64,000 nt of DNA from an uncultured Armatimonadia bacterium (GTDB taxonomy: Bacteria > Armatimonadota > Zipacnadia > CAVVLO01): contig CAVVLO010000001.1 of assembly GCA_963749155.1 (NCBI GenBank), positions 448,001 to 512,000 on the forward strand, in the 5' to 3' direction. The notes under the pieces are model-generated. The model saw only the letters and a program-made list of their open reading frames with translations. It made no database searches and had not been told where the DNA came from. The translations under genes were made by a program, and so were the position numbers. Positions within the stretch are counted from its first letter, which is position 1. Every line of letters starts with the position of its first letter. Shown in pieces: positions 20,127 to 30,596 of the stretch.

Positions 20127-20155
20127 TTGACACCTGCTCTAAGGACCCGTATAAT
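20127..20155 (+). promoter_or_regulatory. Consensus sigma70 promoter of infC-rpmI-rplT
   Basis: TTGACA-N17-TATAAT perfect match. Confidence 0.9.
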
Positions 20156-20192
20156 CCGACTTCCGAACCAGGCACGACGGAGGTGCTCTGCA

Positions 20193-20801
20193 ATCGATAG
20201 ACGTTTGCGCGTGAACGAGCGCATCAGGGCCAGAGAAGTGCGCGTAATTGGCCCGGAGGGCGAGCAGCTTGGTGTAATGACCTCGCGCGATGCTCTCCAG
20301 AAAGCCCAGGAAGAATATGAGCTTGACCTGATCGAGGTCGCGCCCAATTCGCAGCCGCCGGTCTGCCGTATTATGGATTACGGCAAGTACAAATACGACC
20401 AGCAGAAGAAAACCAAAGCTGCGGCCAAGACTCAGCATACGACCAAGCTCAAGGGCGTCCAGTTCAAAGCCAATATCGCCGCGCGCGATCTTGAGATCCG
20501 CGTAAAGCGGGCGCGTGACTTCCTGGAAGAGGGCGACAAAGTCAAGTTTACCGGCCTTTTCAGAGGCCGCCAGTTCGCCCATACCGACCTTAGCCGAGAG
20601 CAGATGGATCGCATCATCGAGCTGCTCAAGGATATCGCTATCGTCGAGAAGCCTCCCTCAATGGAAGGCCGCATTATGACGATGGTGCTTGCGCCTATTA
20701 AGACCAAAGAAGCCAAACTAGCCGAGCAGGGCAGTCCCAAACCGGCCCCCTCGGAGCCCGAAGGAGCAACCGAAAGTGGCGAAGGGAACGAAGACTCATA
20801 A
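20193..20801 (+). CDS. infC: Translation initiation factor IF-3 (non-canonical ATC start)
   Basis: VNERIRAREVRVIG, PPVCRIMDYGKY; GGAGGT 8 nt before an in-frame ATC. Confidence 0.95.
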   Translation: MDRRLRVNERIRAREVRVIGPEGEQLGVMTSRDALQKAQEEYELDLIEVAPNSQPPVCRIMDYGKYKYDQQKKTKAAAKTQHTTKLKGVQFKANIAARDLEIRVKRARDFLEEGDKVKFTGLFRGRQFAHTDLSREQMDRIIELLKDIAIVEKPPSMEGRIMTMVLAPIKTKEAKLAEQGSPKPAPSEPEGATESGEGNEDS

Positions 20802-20985
20802 AGGTATTTCCAAGCGGGTCTGGGTTACAGGCACCGGTAAAGTTATGCATCGTAGCGCCTTCCAGAAGAAACATCATTCTGTGAAGACCAGTTCGCACCT
20901 GCGCCGTATTGGCGGGACGAAAGAACTCGAGGGCGCCGACGCCAGAAACGTCCTCCAGCTGCTTCGCGGCTATAAACCTAGCTAG
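20776..20985 (+). CDS. rpmI: 50S ribosomal protein L35
   Basis: KTHKGISKRVWVTGTGKV; position between infC and rplT. Confidence 0.92.
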   Translation: MAKGTKTHKGISKRVWVTGTGKVMHRSAFQKKHHSVKTSSHLRRIGGTKELEGADARNVLQLLRGYKPS

Positions 20986-21021
20986 CTTCAGCGCCTAGCG
21001 CTTGATCGGGAGATTGTCACG

Positions 21022-21375
21022 ATGAAAACTACAAACGCAACAGCTCGCAAGAAGCGTCACGATAAGATTCTAAAGTTCGCCAAAGGCTACCGCGGCGCCA
21101 AGTCGCGTATCCTGAAGCGCGCCAAGGAGCAGGTTCTTCACTCGGGCGTTTACGCCTACCGCGACCGCCGCAACCGCAAGCGCGAATTTCGCAGCTTGTG
21201 GATCACTCGCATCAATGCGGCGACTCGCCAGAGTGGGATGACTTACAGCCAGTTTATGTATGGGCTGTCCAAGGCCAGCGTCGAGCTTGACCGCAAGCAG
21301 CTTGCTTTTATGGCTTACGCCGACGAGCCAGCCTTTGGCCAGCTCGTTGAGGTCGCCAGGGCCGCGCTCGCTTAG
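21022..21375 (+). CDS. rplT: 50S ribosomal protein L20
   Basis: [37 protein letters not shown]. Confidence 0.97.
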   Translation: MKTTNATARKKRHDKILKFAKGYRGAKSRILKRAKEQVLHSGVYAYRDRRNRKREFRSLWITRINAATRQSGMTYSQFMYGLSKASVELDRKQLAFMAYADEPAFGQLVEVARAALA

Positions 21376-21395
21376 TTTCTCTCCAGTGCTTCTTG

Positions 21396-21431
21396 CGCGA
21401 GCTGCCCTTTCGGGTGGCTCGCGTTCTTTTT
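21396..21431 (+). terminator. Intrinsic terminator after rplT
   Basis: CGCGAGCTGCCC-tttc-GGGTGGCTCGCG followed by TTCTTTTT. Confidence 0.8.
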
Positions 21432-21494
21432 GACTACCCGCTTTGGGGATGTTACAATCCTCAAGCGGTCGCAAGGCCGTATAACCAAATATCG

Positions 21495-21757
21495 AAGGCT
21501 ATGACGGAGCAAAGTAAGTCCTGACCAGGGCCGCCAGAGAGGGGAATCACTGGCTGAGAGTTCCCCAGGTACCGCTGGACTGAAGTTCTCTCCCGAGCCG
21601 CAAGCTGAACCGCCGCCAGCCCCCGCTGGTCGCCCACTAGGCCGAGCCGGTCGCGCGCCGTTATCGCGCCAGAGAGCCGTCACCCACCGGTGACGGAAGC
21701 AAGCTGGTACCGCGTACCGATCCCGTCTGCGCGCTTGCGCGGCGGGATTTTTTGTTT
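21495..21757 (+). promoter_or_regulatory. T-box riboswitch, Phe specifier
   Basis: AGTA, AGAGA and GCTGAGA stem I motifs; GAAG-TTC specifier at 21586-21588; TGGTACCGCG T-box at 21705; terminator ATCCCGTC...GGCGGGATTTTTT. Confidence 0.92.
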
Positions 21758-21772
21758 GCTGGAGGTTGCCTT

Positions 21773-22819
21773 ATGCTCGATAAACTCACGCAGCTCGAAG
21801 CCGAAGCTCGCCAGGCGCTCGCGGCCGTAGATTCCCAGGCCGCAGTTGACGCCTTCAAGAACGAGTTCACAGGCCGCAATGGAGCGCTCACCGCCCTGCT
21901 CAAAGGCGTTCGCGATGTGCCCGCCGACCAGCGCGCCGCTTTCGGCCAGGCCGCCAACAAGCTCAAGAACGAGCTGGAGGCTGCTCTTGCCGAGAAGGCC
22001 GAGCACCTCAAGCAGGCTCGCGTCGCCGCGCCCACCAGCAAAGCCAAAGGCGCTTCTTCTCTCTTGCCCGCTACGCCCGATGTGACACTGCCGGGCCGCT
22101 CGCGCAGGATGGGCCATGTCCATCCGCTTACCCAGGTGATGGAGGAGTTCCTCGACCTGTTCGTGCGCCTTGGCTACGAGGTCGTCGAGGGCCCAATCGT
22201 CGAGGATTATCGTTACAACTTCGACCTGCTCAACTATGAGGACGGCCACCCCGCTCTCGATGAGCAGGAGTCCTTCTACCTGGGCCCGCGCTGCCTGCTG
22301 CGCACCCAGACTTCGGCCGTCCAGCCGCGCGCGATGCTCGCCAAAGAGCCTCCGATGCGCGTCGTGTCGCCAGGCCGGGTGCATCGCCGCGATGCCGTGG
22401 ATGCCACCCATTCGCACACCTTCCACCAACTCGAAGGGTTTGTGATAGACCGCGGCATCACCTTTAGCGACCTGAAGGGCACGCTGCTCACCTTCGTCCG
22501 GGAGATTTTCGGGCCTGAGACCAAGCTGCGCTTCCGGCCTGACTTCTTCCCCTTCACCGAGCCAAGCGCCGAGGGCGCGATGACCTGTATGCTCTGCAAG
22601 GGCTCCGGCTGCCGCGTCTGTGGGGGCAGCGGCTGGATTGAGGTCTTCGGCGCGGGGATGATCGACCCGAACGTCCTGACCGGCTGCGGGATAGACCCTG
22701 AAGAATGGTCCGGCTTCGCCTTCGGTTTTGGCGTAGACCGTTTCACGATGCTGCGCTATGGCATTGAAGACATCCGCCTGCTCTTCTCGGGCGACGTCCG
22801 CTTCCTCGAGCAGTTCTAG
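21773..22819 (+). CDS. pheS: Phenylalanyl-tRNA synthetase alpha subunit
   Basis: LLRTQTS, DATHSHTFHQLEG, FFPFTEPSAE, GFAFGFGVDR. Confidence 0.98.
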   Translation: MLDKLTQLEAEARQALAAVDSQAAVDAFKNEFTGRNGALTALLKGVRDVPADQRAAFGQAANKLKNELEAALAEKAEHLKQARVAAPTSKAKGASSLLPATPDVTLPGRSRRMGHVHPLTQVMEEFLDLFVRLGYEVVEGPIVEDYRYNFDLLNYEDGHPALDEQESFYLGPRCLLRTQTSAVQPRAMLAKEPPMRVVSPGRVHRRDAVDATHSHTFHQLEGFVIDRGITFSDLKGTLLTFVREIFGPETKLRFRPDFFPFTEPSAEGAMTCMLCKGSGCRVCGGSGWIEVFGAGMIDPNVLTGCGIDPEEWSGFAFGFGVDRFTMLRYGIEDIRLLFSGDVRFLEQF

Positions 22820-22834
22820 GGAGGACTTACAATT

Positions 22835-24906
22835 ATGAAAATGCCACTTTCCTGGCTTGCTGATTATGTCGAACTACCGGCCGATACCAAATCGTTCGCC
22901 CATCAACTCACGATGAGCGGCCTCGAGGTCGAGGCGCTAGTGAGGAAGTCACGACCCCTGCGGGGCCTGAGACCGTCTTCGAGACCTCGCCGACCTCCAA
23001 CAGGGGCGATCTCCTCTCCCTCGTCGGCGCCTCCCGGCTGGTCCACGCGGTCACCGGCGGCGCCCTCAAGCCAATTGATGTCGCCTTCACCGAAGGTCAG
23101 GCGCCCGCCAGCTACTATGCGCGGGTCACAGTGGAGGATACCGAAGGTTGCCCGCGTTACACCGCCCGGGTAATCACTGATGTCAAGGTCGCGCCCAGCC
23201 CGCAGTGGCTCCAGAATCGCCTTATCGCCGCCGGCGTGCGTCCAATCAACAACGTGGTGGATGTCACCAACTATGTGATGCTCGAACTCGGTCAGCCGCT
23301 TCACGCCTTCGATCTCGACACCCTGGCTGACCACCATATTATCGTCCGGCGCGCCCGCTCTGGCGAACAGCTCGAGACGCTTGACGGCCTTGTGCGCAAC
23401 CTTACCGAAGACCATCTCGTCATCGCCGATGCCCAGCGTCCTGTAGCCCTCGCGGGGATTATGGGTGGCGAGGATACGGGCGTCACCCAGGCCACCACCA
23501 CTGTCCTTATCGAGTCGGCGCATTTCAAGCCCCAGCTCAATCGCGCCACCGCGAAGGCCTTCAGCCTGTCCAGCGAATCCACTTACCGCTTCCAGCGCTA
23601 TGTGGATGTGAACAACACCTTGCGCGCCTGTGACCGGGCCATCCAGCTCATCCAGCAACTTGGAGGCGGGACGATTGCCGCAGGCCCAATCGACATCTAC
23701 CCCATGGTGAGGCAGCCCGTCCGCCTTAGCCTGCGCCCCGAACGCGCCGATGCAATCCTTGGCCAGCATGTCCCCGCCGAGCGCCAGGTCACTATCTTGC
23801 GTTCGCTCGGTCTTGACGCTGCCCTGTCCGATGGCCTTATCAACGCCACCGTGCCGACTTTCAGGCCTGACCTGACTCGCGAGATAGACCTGGTGGAAGA
23901 AGTCGCCTGTGTCTGGGGCTATGACAACCTTGAGGGCACTCTCCCCGCCATCGGAGGCCTCCTCGGGCGCCTGGGCGAGAAGCACGCCTTCTTCAACCAG
24001 GCCCGCAACTGGCTCGTCGGCGCTGGCCTTGCCGAGATGAAGACCTTCAGCCTGCTCTCTCCCAAAGAAGTGGACGCTGTCGGCTGGCTCGCGGGCCATG
24101 AGGCGCCCGCTCCCGTCACCAACGCGATGAGCGAGGAGTATTCCGTCCTGCGTCCGACTCTCTTGCCTTGCCTGCTGCGCGAGGTCGCCTACAACCTTAA
24201 CCGCCAGCAGACCAGTGTCGCCCTGTGCGAGCTCGATCCGGTCTTCCTGCCCTCTGACGGTGCTTTCCCAACCGAAGAGTTTCATGCTGGGCTCGTCCTG
24301 ACAGGCCGCAATTACACCTCCGAGTGGAACCTGGGCGCTTTCGGCGCCGCCGACTTGTACGAGCTGAAAGGCCTGGTGGAGGAACTCGCTGCCCGCCTTG
24401 GCCTGCTGGAAGTCACCTTCGAGGCCGCCGAGTTGCCCTTCGCCGTCCCTGGCGCCGGCGCTCGCGTCCTGGCCTCAGGCCAGCCGCTTGGGTACCTGGC
24501 CCAGGTGAACGGCGCCACGCTCGGTTTCTGGGATATCGAGCAGCCCGTCTATGTCGCAGAACTCAACCTTGAGGCCGCCTGGGAGCTGCGCGCAGTGGAG
24601 AAGCCCTACAAGCGTCCCCCTGCCTTCCCGAAATCTGAGCGTGATCTGGCCCTGATCGCTCCAACTTCCGTGCCGGTTGGGGCCTTGCTTTCCACTGCAA
24701 ATTCCGCCGGTGGGGAACTCCTCGAGACCTCTGGGGTGTTCGATGTATTCGAGGGGGCTTCCCTGGGTGAGGACAAGCGCAGTGTCGCTTTGCGTCTCGT
24801 TTTCAGGCATCCTGAACGTACGCTCACCGATGAGGAAGTGAACGAGGCGGTCGCCGCCATCCTGACCGCACTCCAAAGTGCCTATGGAGTCGCCTTACGC
24901 GGCTGA
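22835..24906 (+). CDS. pheT: Phenylalanyl-tRNA synthetase beta subunit, short form without B2 domain; frameshift near 22940
   Basis: MKMPLSWL...LTMSGLEVE, then in another frame ETVFETSPTSNRGDLLSLVG, RPINNVVDVTNY, RPDLTREIDLVEE, ERTLTDEEV. Confidence 0.95.
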
Positions 24907-27196
24907 GTCTTCAACGTCCTTAGCCTGGCCGAGGGGGGGCAAGCCTGACTTGCTCGCCCTTGCCTGGCTGGCCTTGCTTGCGCTTCTCCTGCTGCTGCCC
25001 GCCCTGCTGCCGGGGCGCTGCCTGCTCGCTGGTGATTATGCTCTGCATCTGGAGCCCTGGGCCTCCGAACTGCCTGATTACGCCGCCCAGCCGACGCCCG
25101 GCTTCAACTCGCTCCTTTGGGATTCGATGGCCCAGTATTACCCCTGGCGCGCCTTCGCCCACCGTTCTATTACCGCTGGCACTGTGCCCCTGTGGAATCC
25201 TCACAGCCTGTGCGGAACGCCTTTCCTGGCCAATTTTCAGTCGGCGCTCTTCTACCCGCTCAACCTGCCCTTCTGGCTGTTCGACCCCGCGCAGCGTCTT
25301 CGGCTGGATGGCTCTCTTCCATCTCGTGCTCGCCGGCTTTGGCGCTTATGCGCTGGCCCGGGTGCTTGGCCTCTCGCGTGTGGCCGCCCTTACTGCCGGC
25401 ACGGCCTTCGAGCTGTGCGGTTTCCTCATCACCTGGCTTGAGCTGCCCACCCTCGTCTATGTCGCAAGCTGGTTGCCCTGGGCGCTGCTCTTCGCCTGCC
25501 AGGCCGCGCGCCTTGCGAGTTGGCGTCTGGCCCTTGTCACTGGCTTCATACTGGGAATCCAGGCCCTCGCCGGCCACCCGCAGATATGGCTCTACTCCGC
25601 GCTTGCGGTGGGCGCGGTGCTGGTCTTCGTCCGAGGCAGCCGCCCGCTGCCGCGCCTGGGCTTCCTGGCGCTGGCCTTTGGGCTGGCTGGCCTGCTGGCT
25701 GCCGTCCAACTCCTGCCCGCGATGGAACTCGCCTCCGAGAGCCATCGCACTAGTGGCGCCACTCTCGAACGCTTCGCCGCTTATCGCAGTTTCGCTCTGC
25801 CCCCGCAGAATCTCGTCACTGCCTTCCTGCCCAACTTGTTCGGTCGACCTGACGCCGGCAACTACTGGGGACTTGGCAATCTCGCCGCGCCCTCCCTGGT
25901 CACTGGAATGTATTCGGAATACTGCCTGTTCGCAGGTGTTGCGGTCTTGTTCCTGGCCCTGGTGGGCGTTGTATGCAGTGCTGACAAGCGGGCCAGAATC
26001 CTCGGGATTCTTGCCCTGCTGCTCCTTTTGCTGGCCCTCGGTACCTGGCTCAATGCGCCACTCTTCTTCCTGATTCCGGGGATGGCCTCCTCTGGCGGTC
26101 CCAACCGGATTGTCATACTTTATCTTTTGGTGATGGCCCTGCTTGCGGCTTATGGCGTAGACGCCCTGCGCGCCCGCCGTGTCACTTCCAGGCAGCTCTT
26201 CTGGATCAAGGCGAGTGTCTTCTTCCTCGGTGTGCTGGCGCTTGCCTACACCTACGTCAGGGTCTCGCCACTGGTGCCTGATCCGCTTGCCCTTTGGGTC
26301 GAGACCGACGCCGTGGGCGTTCTCCGGTCGCTGCTGGCTCTCGGCTTCGTCTCGATACTGGCCAACCTTGTTGTAAAGCTCAAACCGCGCTTTGCCGTGC
26401 TCTTCCCGGTGCTTGTTGGCCTCGAGTTGCTCCTCTTTGCCTGGGGCTTCAATCCGACCTGCGACCGCGCCGTCGTGTATCCCAGGTCGGCTTTTGTGGA
26501 AGAACTCCGCGCCGCTGCAGGCCCGAACCGCATCGCCGTGATGAAGCCTGCCTGGCCACTTCACGAGTACCCCAAGGCAACCCTCCCGCCCAATGCCGCG
26601 CTGGCTTACGGCCTGTACGAGATTGGCGGATACGATTCACTGTTACTAAAAGACTATATCCAGGGCCTGGAAGAACTGGCAGGTCGGTCGCCCTTCCCGC
26701 CTACCAATGGCAATATGGCTTTCGCCGTCGGTACTCCTGGCGATCTGGCCCGGCTGGGCGCTGCCTGTTTCGTATTGCCCCTGCCCGAACAGGGCAAGCC
26801 TGTCTTCCTGACCGACGAGATTGCTGCCCCGACGCGTGCTGTGGCAGCCCTTGGCGAAAATCGTTATGCTCCAGTGTTCAGTTATCCCTCGCCCAACCGC
26901 GTGGATATCGAGCTTGCCCAGCCTGCCACAGCCTTGCTGTTCTCGGATACCTGGGAGCGCGGCTGGCGCGCCTGGCTGGTTGCTGAGGGGCAGGCCGAGC
27001 CACTTGAACTCCTCTCCGACTCACTTGCTCGTCGCCAGATTAGTCTGGCAAGTCCTGCCGAGGGCCTGGTGAGAATGGCATATCGTCCCCCTCCTTCCTC
27101 TTTGGCCTATACTGCACTCTGATAGCGCTCTTTATAGCGGCCTTCTCTCTGGGAGGAACGCTCAGGAGGTCTCTTTATGGCAGAACCAGCAGTTAA
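24884..27196 (+). CDS. YfhO-family membrane GT-C glycosyltransferase; frameshifts near 25291 and 27090
   Basis: QYYPWR, PLWNPHSLCGTPFLANFQSALFYP, AGHPQ, GGYDSL, FSDTWERGWRA; multiple TM segments. Confidence 0.82.
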
Positions 27197-29027
27197 GCAG
27201 CTTCCCGCTGTTAATCCGTATCACAATAGCTTCCAGCGGATGGCCCAGTTGCTTCTGTTGCTCGCTTTCGCGTTCGTCCCGCGCTTCTATGGAATGCAGT
27301 GGGGCCTTCCCAATGCGATGCACTTCTTCTCATATCACCCCGATGAGAACGTAAATGCTGGCGTAGTGATGTCTTTGCTTAACGGAGACGCCAATCCGCA
27401 CTTCTTCAACTACCCCTCGCTCCTGTTCTACCTGACAGCGGGCTTGTACAAGCTCTTCGGGGCGCCATGGGCCGCCGCTCAGGGAGGCGAACTGTGGGCT
27501 ATCAACGCCGCTGTCATCCTCTGCGGGCGCGTAGTCGTCGCCTTTGCCGGCATAATGAGCATCCCCTTCGCCTATTTCCTGGCGCGCAAGCACTGGGGAG
27601 AATGGCCTGGTTTCCTGGCCGGCCTTGCGCTCGCTTTCGCTCCGCTCCATATTGTCCAGAGTCACTATTTCACGGTGGATGTACTGGCTGCTTTCTGGCT
27701 AGTTGTCTGTTTGCATTTCGCAAGTCGCATCTGGGCCGACCGCCCTTACCGTATCGAATACCTTATGGCCGGCCTCACCGCAGGCCTGGCCGCCAGTACG
27801 AAATACAATGCCGCCCTCGTCTTCCTGGCCGTGCTGGTCGCGCATTATTTCCTTATAAAGGACAAGGAGAAAGGCAAGCGCTTCTTCGATGGGCGCCTGG
27901 CGCTGGCGTTTGGCTCTTTCATCGCCGCCTTCGCCCTCACCTCGCCCTATGTGCTGCTGGATTTCGGCGCCGCGTGGAAGGACATCAGCTACGAACTCGG
28001 CCATGTCGCCACCGGCCACGGCTTCGTCTTCACCGGGCTTGGCCCAGGCTGGCTGGTGCAGGCCCAGAACCTCTGGGTCGGCCTTGGCCCTGCCGTACTC
28101 GTACTGGGGCTGCTTGGGCTAGTCTGGGCGCTGGTGAAGAAGGACCGGGGCGCGCTCATAATCTGGGCCTTCCTGCTGCCGGCTTTCCTCCTCATCGCCG
28201 GGGGCAAAGTCCACTTCGCCCGGTACGCTCTGCCTTTGCTGCCCTGCCTGGTCTGCGGCCTGGCCGTGCCCATCGCGCTGGCGAAAGCTAAATCCGCCAA
28301 GACGCTCTGGACGCTGCTCGTACTTGCCTCAATTGCCTTCTCGCTGGTGCTCGCCTGGCCACTGGTGCAGATTGTCTCGCGCAGCGATATCCGCGATGAG
28401 TCAATGCACACCATAGACCACAAGACGCCTCTTTACGCGAAGGTGGGCCTGGTGGAAGAACCCTGGTTTTACTCGCCCCCTATCGCTCGCTATAACGCCG
28501 GACCGCTGACCAGGAAGCTCTTCTGGGAGCATCCCCCGAACACCTATGAGCTCTACATAACCGGTCGCGATGCGAAGAAGCTGGCTGAGGTATATCCCAA
28601 CTACTTCATCACGACCGACTTCGAACTGGACGATGGCGTCCGCGCCCAGGATCCTGCCACCGTCGCCTTCGTAGCCGAACTTAACAAGCTATACGAGAAG
28701 GTCGCCACCTTCACCCGGGACTATGGCCCCATCGAACGCGTCGGCCGGGTGCCGCACGATATGCGTTACATCGCCCCGCGGATAGACATCTGGATGTCTT
28801 ACAAGCTGAGCAAAGAACTGGATGCCGAGGAGAAGGCCGAGGCCGCCAAGGAAGCCAAGAAGCCGAAGGTGCCTGCCGCCAAGGAAGCCAAGCCTGCTCA
28901 TCATCATCACGACCCTTATGCGATCAAGCGCAACTGGTTCGAGAAATTGCTTGGCCTGGGCGATCCCGTCGCTGACGAGATTGAAGCTGAAGCAAACCAC
29001 GAACACGAGGGAGAAGCGCCTCACTAG
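27177..29027 (+). CDS. GT39/ArnT-like (PMT_2) membrane glycosyltransferase with charged His-rich tail
   Basis: HPDE, NPHFFNYP, SHYFTVD, GLAASTKYN, ARYALPLLP. Confidence 0.85.
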   Translation: MAEPAVKQLPAVNPYHNSFQRMAQLLLLLAFAFVPRFYGMQWGLPNAMHFFSYHPDENVNAGVVMSLLNGDANPHFFNYPSLLFYLTAGLYKLFGAPWAAAQGGELWAINAAVILCGRVVVAFAGIMSIPFAYFLARKHWGEWPGFLAGLALAFAPLHIVQSHYFTVDVLAAFWLVVCLHFASRIWADRPYRIEYLMAGLTAGLAASTKYNAALVFLAVLVAHYFLIKDKEKGKRFFDGRLALAFGSFIAAFALTSPYVLLDFGAAWKDISYELGHVATGHGFVFTGLGPGWLVQAQNLWVGLGPAVLVLGLLGLVWALVKKDRGALIIWAFLLPAFLLIAGGKVHFARYALPLLPCLVCGLAVPIALAKAKSAKTLWTLLVLASIAFSLVLAWPLVQIVSRSDIRDESMHTIDHKTPLYAKVGLVEEPWFYSPPIARYNAGPLTRKLFWEHPPNTYELYITGRDAKKLAEVYPNYFITTDFELDDGVRAQDPATVAFVAELNKLYEKVATFTRDYGPIERVGRVPHDMRYIAPRIDIWMSYKLSKELDAEEKAEAAKEAKKPKVPAAKEAKPAHHHHDPYAIKRNWFEKLLGLGDPVADEIEAEANHEHEGEAPH

Positions 29028-29168
29028 ACAAGTCACGCAACTTTTTTTGTAAAAAAACTGCCCGGCCTCTGGATTTTACTCGGCGAGTTCGTTATCATCG
29101 GGTTTATCCAGAGGCCGTTTGCTTCTGGCACGAAGCAAATCAAGCTACCTATAGGAGGTGCAGTCTCG

Positions 29169-29318
29169 ATGCTCAAGCCGCGCGCCCAACTCGGCCAGGC
29201 TCTGACACGTGGACTCAGCTCCTCCGGGTTTGCTCCCACCTGCTACGCCCACCGTTTCACCCACCAGGCCCGTTGGGCCTCAGTCGTTGTTGGCTGCTCA
29301 GCGCCCGCTGGCCTCTAG
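29169..29318 (+). CDS. Putative 49-aa leader peptide upstream of the serine operon (not in the ORF track)
   Basis: AGGAGGT RBS at 29153-29159; MLKPRAQLGQALTRGLSSSGFAPTCYAHRFTHQARWASVVVGCSAPAGL*; stop lies inside a hairpin. Confidence 0.5.
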   Translation: MLKPRAQLGQALTRGLSSSGFAPTCYAHRFTHQARWASVVVGCSAPAGL

Positions 29319-29448
29319 TGGCGGCAAGCCAGACTTAGACTTACCACCCGCCCAGAGGACCAGCGCCCGCCGAACTTTTTCCGTTCGACTGGATTTTCTG
29401 GCCCATTGCCCTATCGAAACCAATTACCTTTAGAGGAAGGGAAACCTG

Positions 29449-30594
29449 ATGAAAGAGAAGCTCCTTATGATTCCTGGTCCGACCATTACCCCCCCCGAGG
29501 TCGCGGCAGCGCTTGCCAAGCCTCCTCTTGGCCATCGCAGCAAAGAGTTTGCAAAGCTTTTCACCGCCACCGAGAAGCAGCTTCGGGACATCTTCCAGAC
29601 CGAAAACGAAGTGCTTATCTACACCAGCAGCGGTACCGGCGCGATGGAAGCTGCCGTTGTCAACCTGCTCAATCCTGGCGACAAAGCCATCAACGTCAGC
29701 ATCGGCGTGTTCGGCGACCGGTTCGCCAAAATTCTCAAACAGTTCGGCGCCGAAGTAGTCGAGGTAAAATTCCCCGAAGGCGCCGCCGCCGATGTCGAAG
29801 TCGTAAAGGCCGCAATCGCCGCCAATCCCGATGCCAAAGCCCTCTACGTCACCTTCAACGAGACAAGCACCGGTGTAGTAAATGACCTCACCGAGATTGT
29901 CCCCGCAGCCAAAGCGGCCGGCCTGCTGGTCGTCGTGGACGCCATCAGCGGTCTGGTGGCGATGGATTTGCCCGCCGACAAGCTGGGGATTGACGTGGTC
30001 GTGGCCGGCTCCCAGAAAGCTTTCGGCATCCCACCAGGGCTTGCGTTCTGTACCGTCAGCGACGCTGCCTGGAAAGCCTATGAAGGCGCAAAGATGCCCA
30101 AGTTCTACTGGGACTTCGGCGCGATGAGAAAGGCCCAGGCCGAAGGTTCCACCGCCTGGACGCCCAGCGTCTCGCTGGTTTTTGGGCTCGAGGCTGCCGT
30201 CCAGTTGATAATCGACGAAGGCTTGCCTGCCTGTTTCGCTCGCCACCAGCAGAACGCCGATATGGTGCGCGCCGCGATGAAGGCCGTGGGCTTCGAGCTG
30301 TTCGCCGCCGAGGCCAATGCCTCCAACGCCATCACCAGCATCAAGGCCCCCGAGGCTTTCGGCGAGAACGAGCTGCGCGGCATCGTGAACAAGAAATTCG
30401 ACATCGTCACAACTGGTGGTCAGGCTGGCCTGAAGGGCAAGATCTTCCGCATCGGCCACCTGGGCTTCTGCTACCCGCGCGACATAATGGCCACCATCGC
30501 GGCTTTCGAATATGCGCTCTACGAACTCAACTGGGATTTCGACCTTGGCGCTGGCGTAGCCGCCGCCATTAAAGCAATGAAAGGGGCTGACTAA
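29449..30594 (+). CDS. Class V PLP aminotransferase (serine-pyruvate/AGAT type, probably phosphoserine aminotransferase role)
   Basis: MIPGPT, SSGTGAME, NETSTG, VDAIS, GSQKAFGIPPGL, FRIGHLG; directly upstream of serA. Confidence 0.9.
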   Translation: MKEKLLMIPGPTITPPEVAAALAKPPLGHRSKEFAKLFTATEKQLRDIFQTENEVLIYTSSGTGAMEAAVVNLLNPGDKAINVSIGVFGDRFAKILKQFGAEVVEVKFPEGAAADVEVVKAAIAANPDAKALYVTFNETSTGVVNDLTEIVPAAKAAGLLVVVDAISGLVAMDLPADKLGIDVVVAGSQKAFGIPPGLAFCTVSDAAWKAYEGAKMPKFYWDFGAMRKAQAEGSTAWTPSVSLVFGLEAAVQLIIDEGLPACFARHQQNADMVRAAMKAVGFELFAAEANASNAITSIKAPEAFGENELRGIVNKKFDIVTTGGQAGLKGKIFRIGHLGFCYPRDIMATIAAFEYALYELNWDFDLGAGVAAAIKAMKGAD

Positions 30595-30596
30595 AA

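Noticed and set aside
22903..24285. 460-aa antisense ORF (likewise 25260-26564, 29341-30621, 51303-52553)
   Set aside because: Antisense shadows of well-supported genes, with no recognisable motifs
29104..29112. TTATCCAGA as a DnaA box marking oriC
   Set aside because: Single mismatched copy that is part of a larger inverted repeat, with no box cluster
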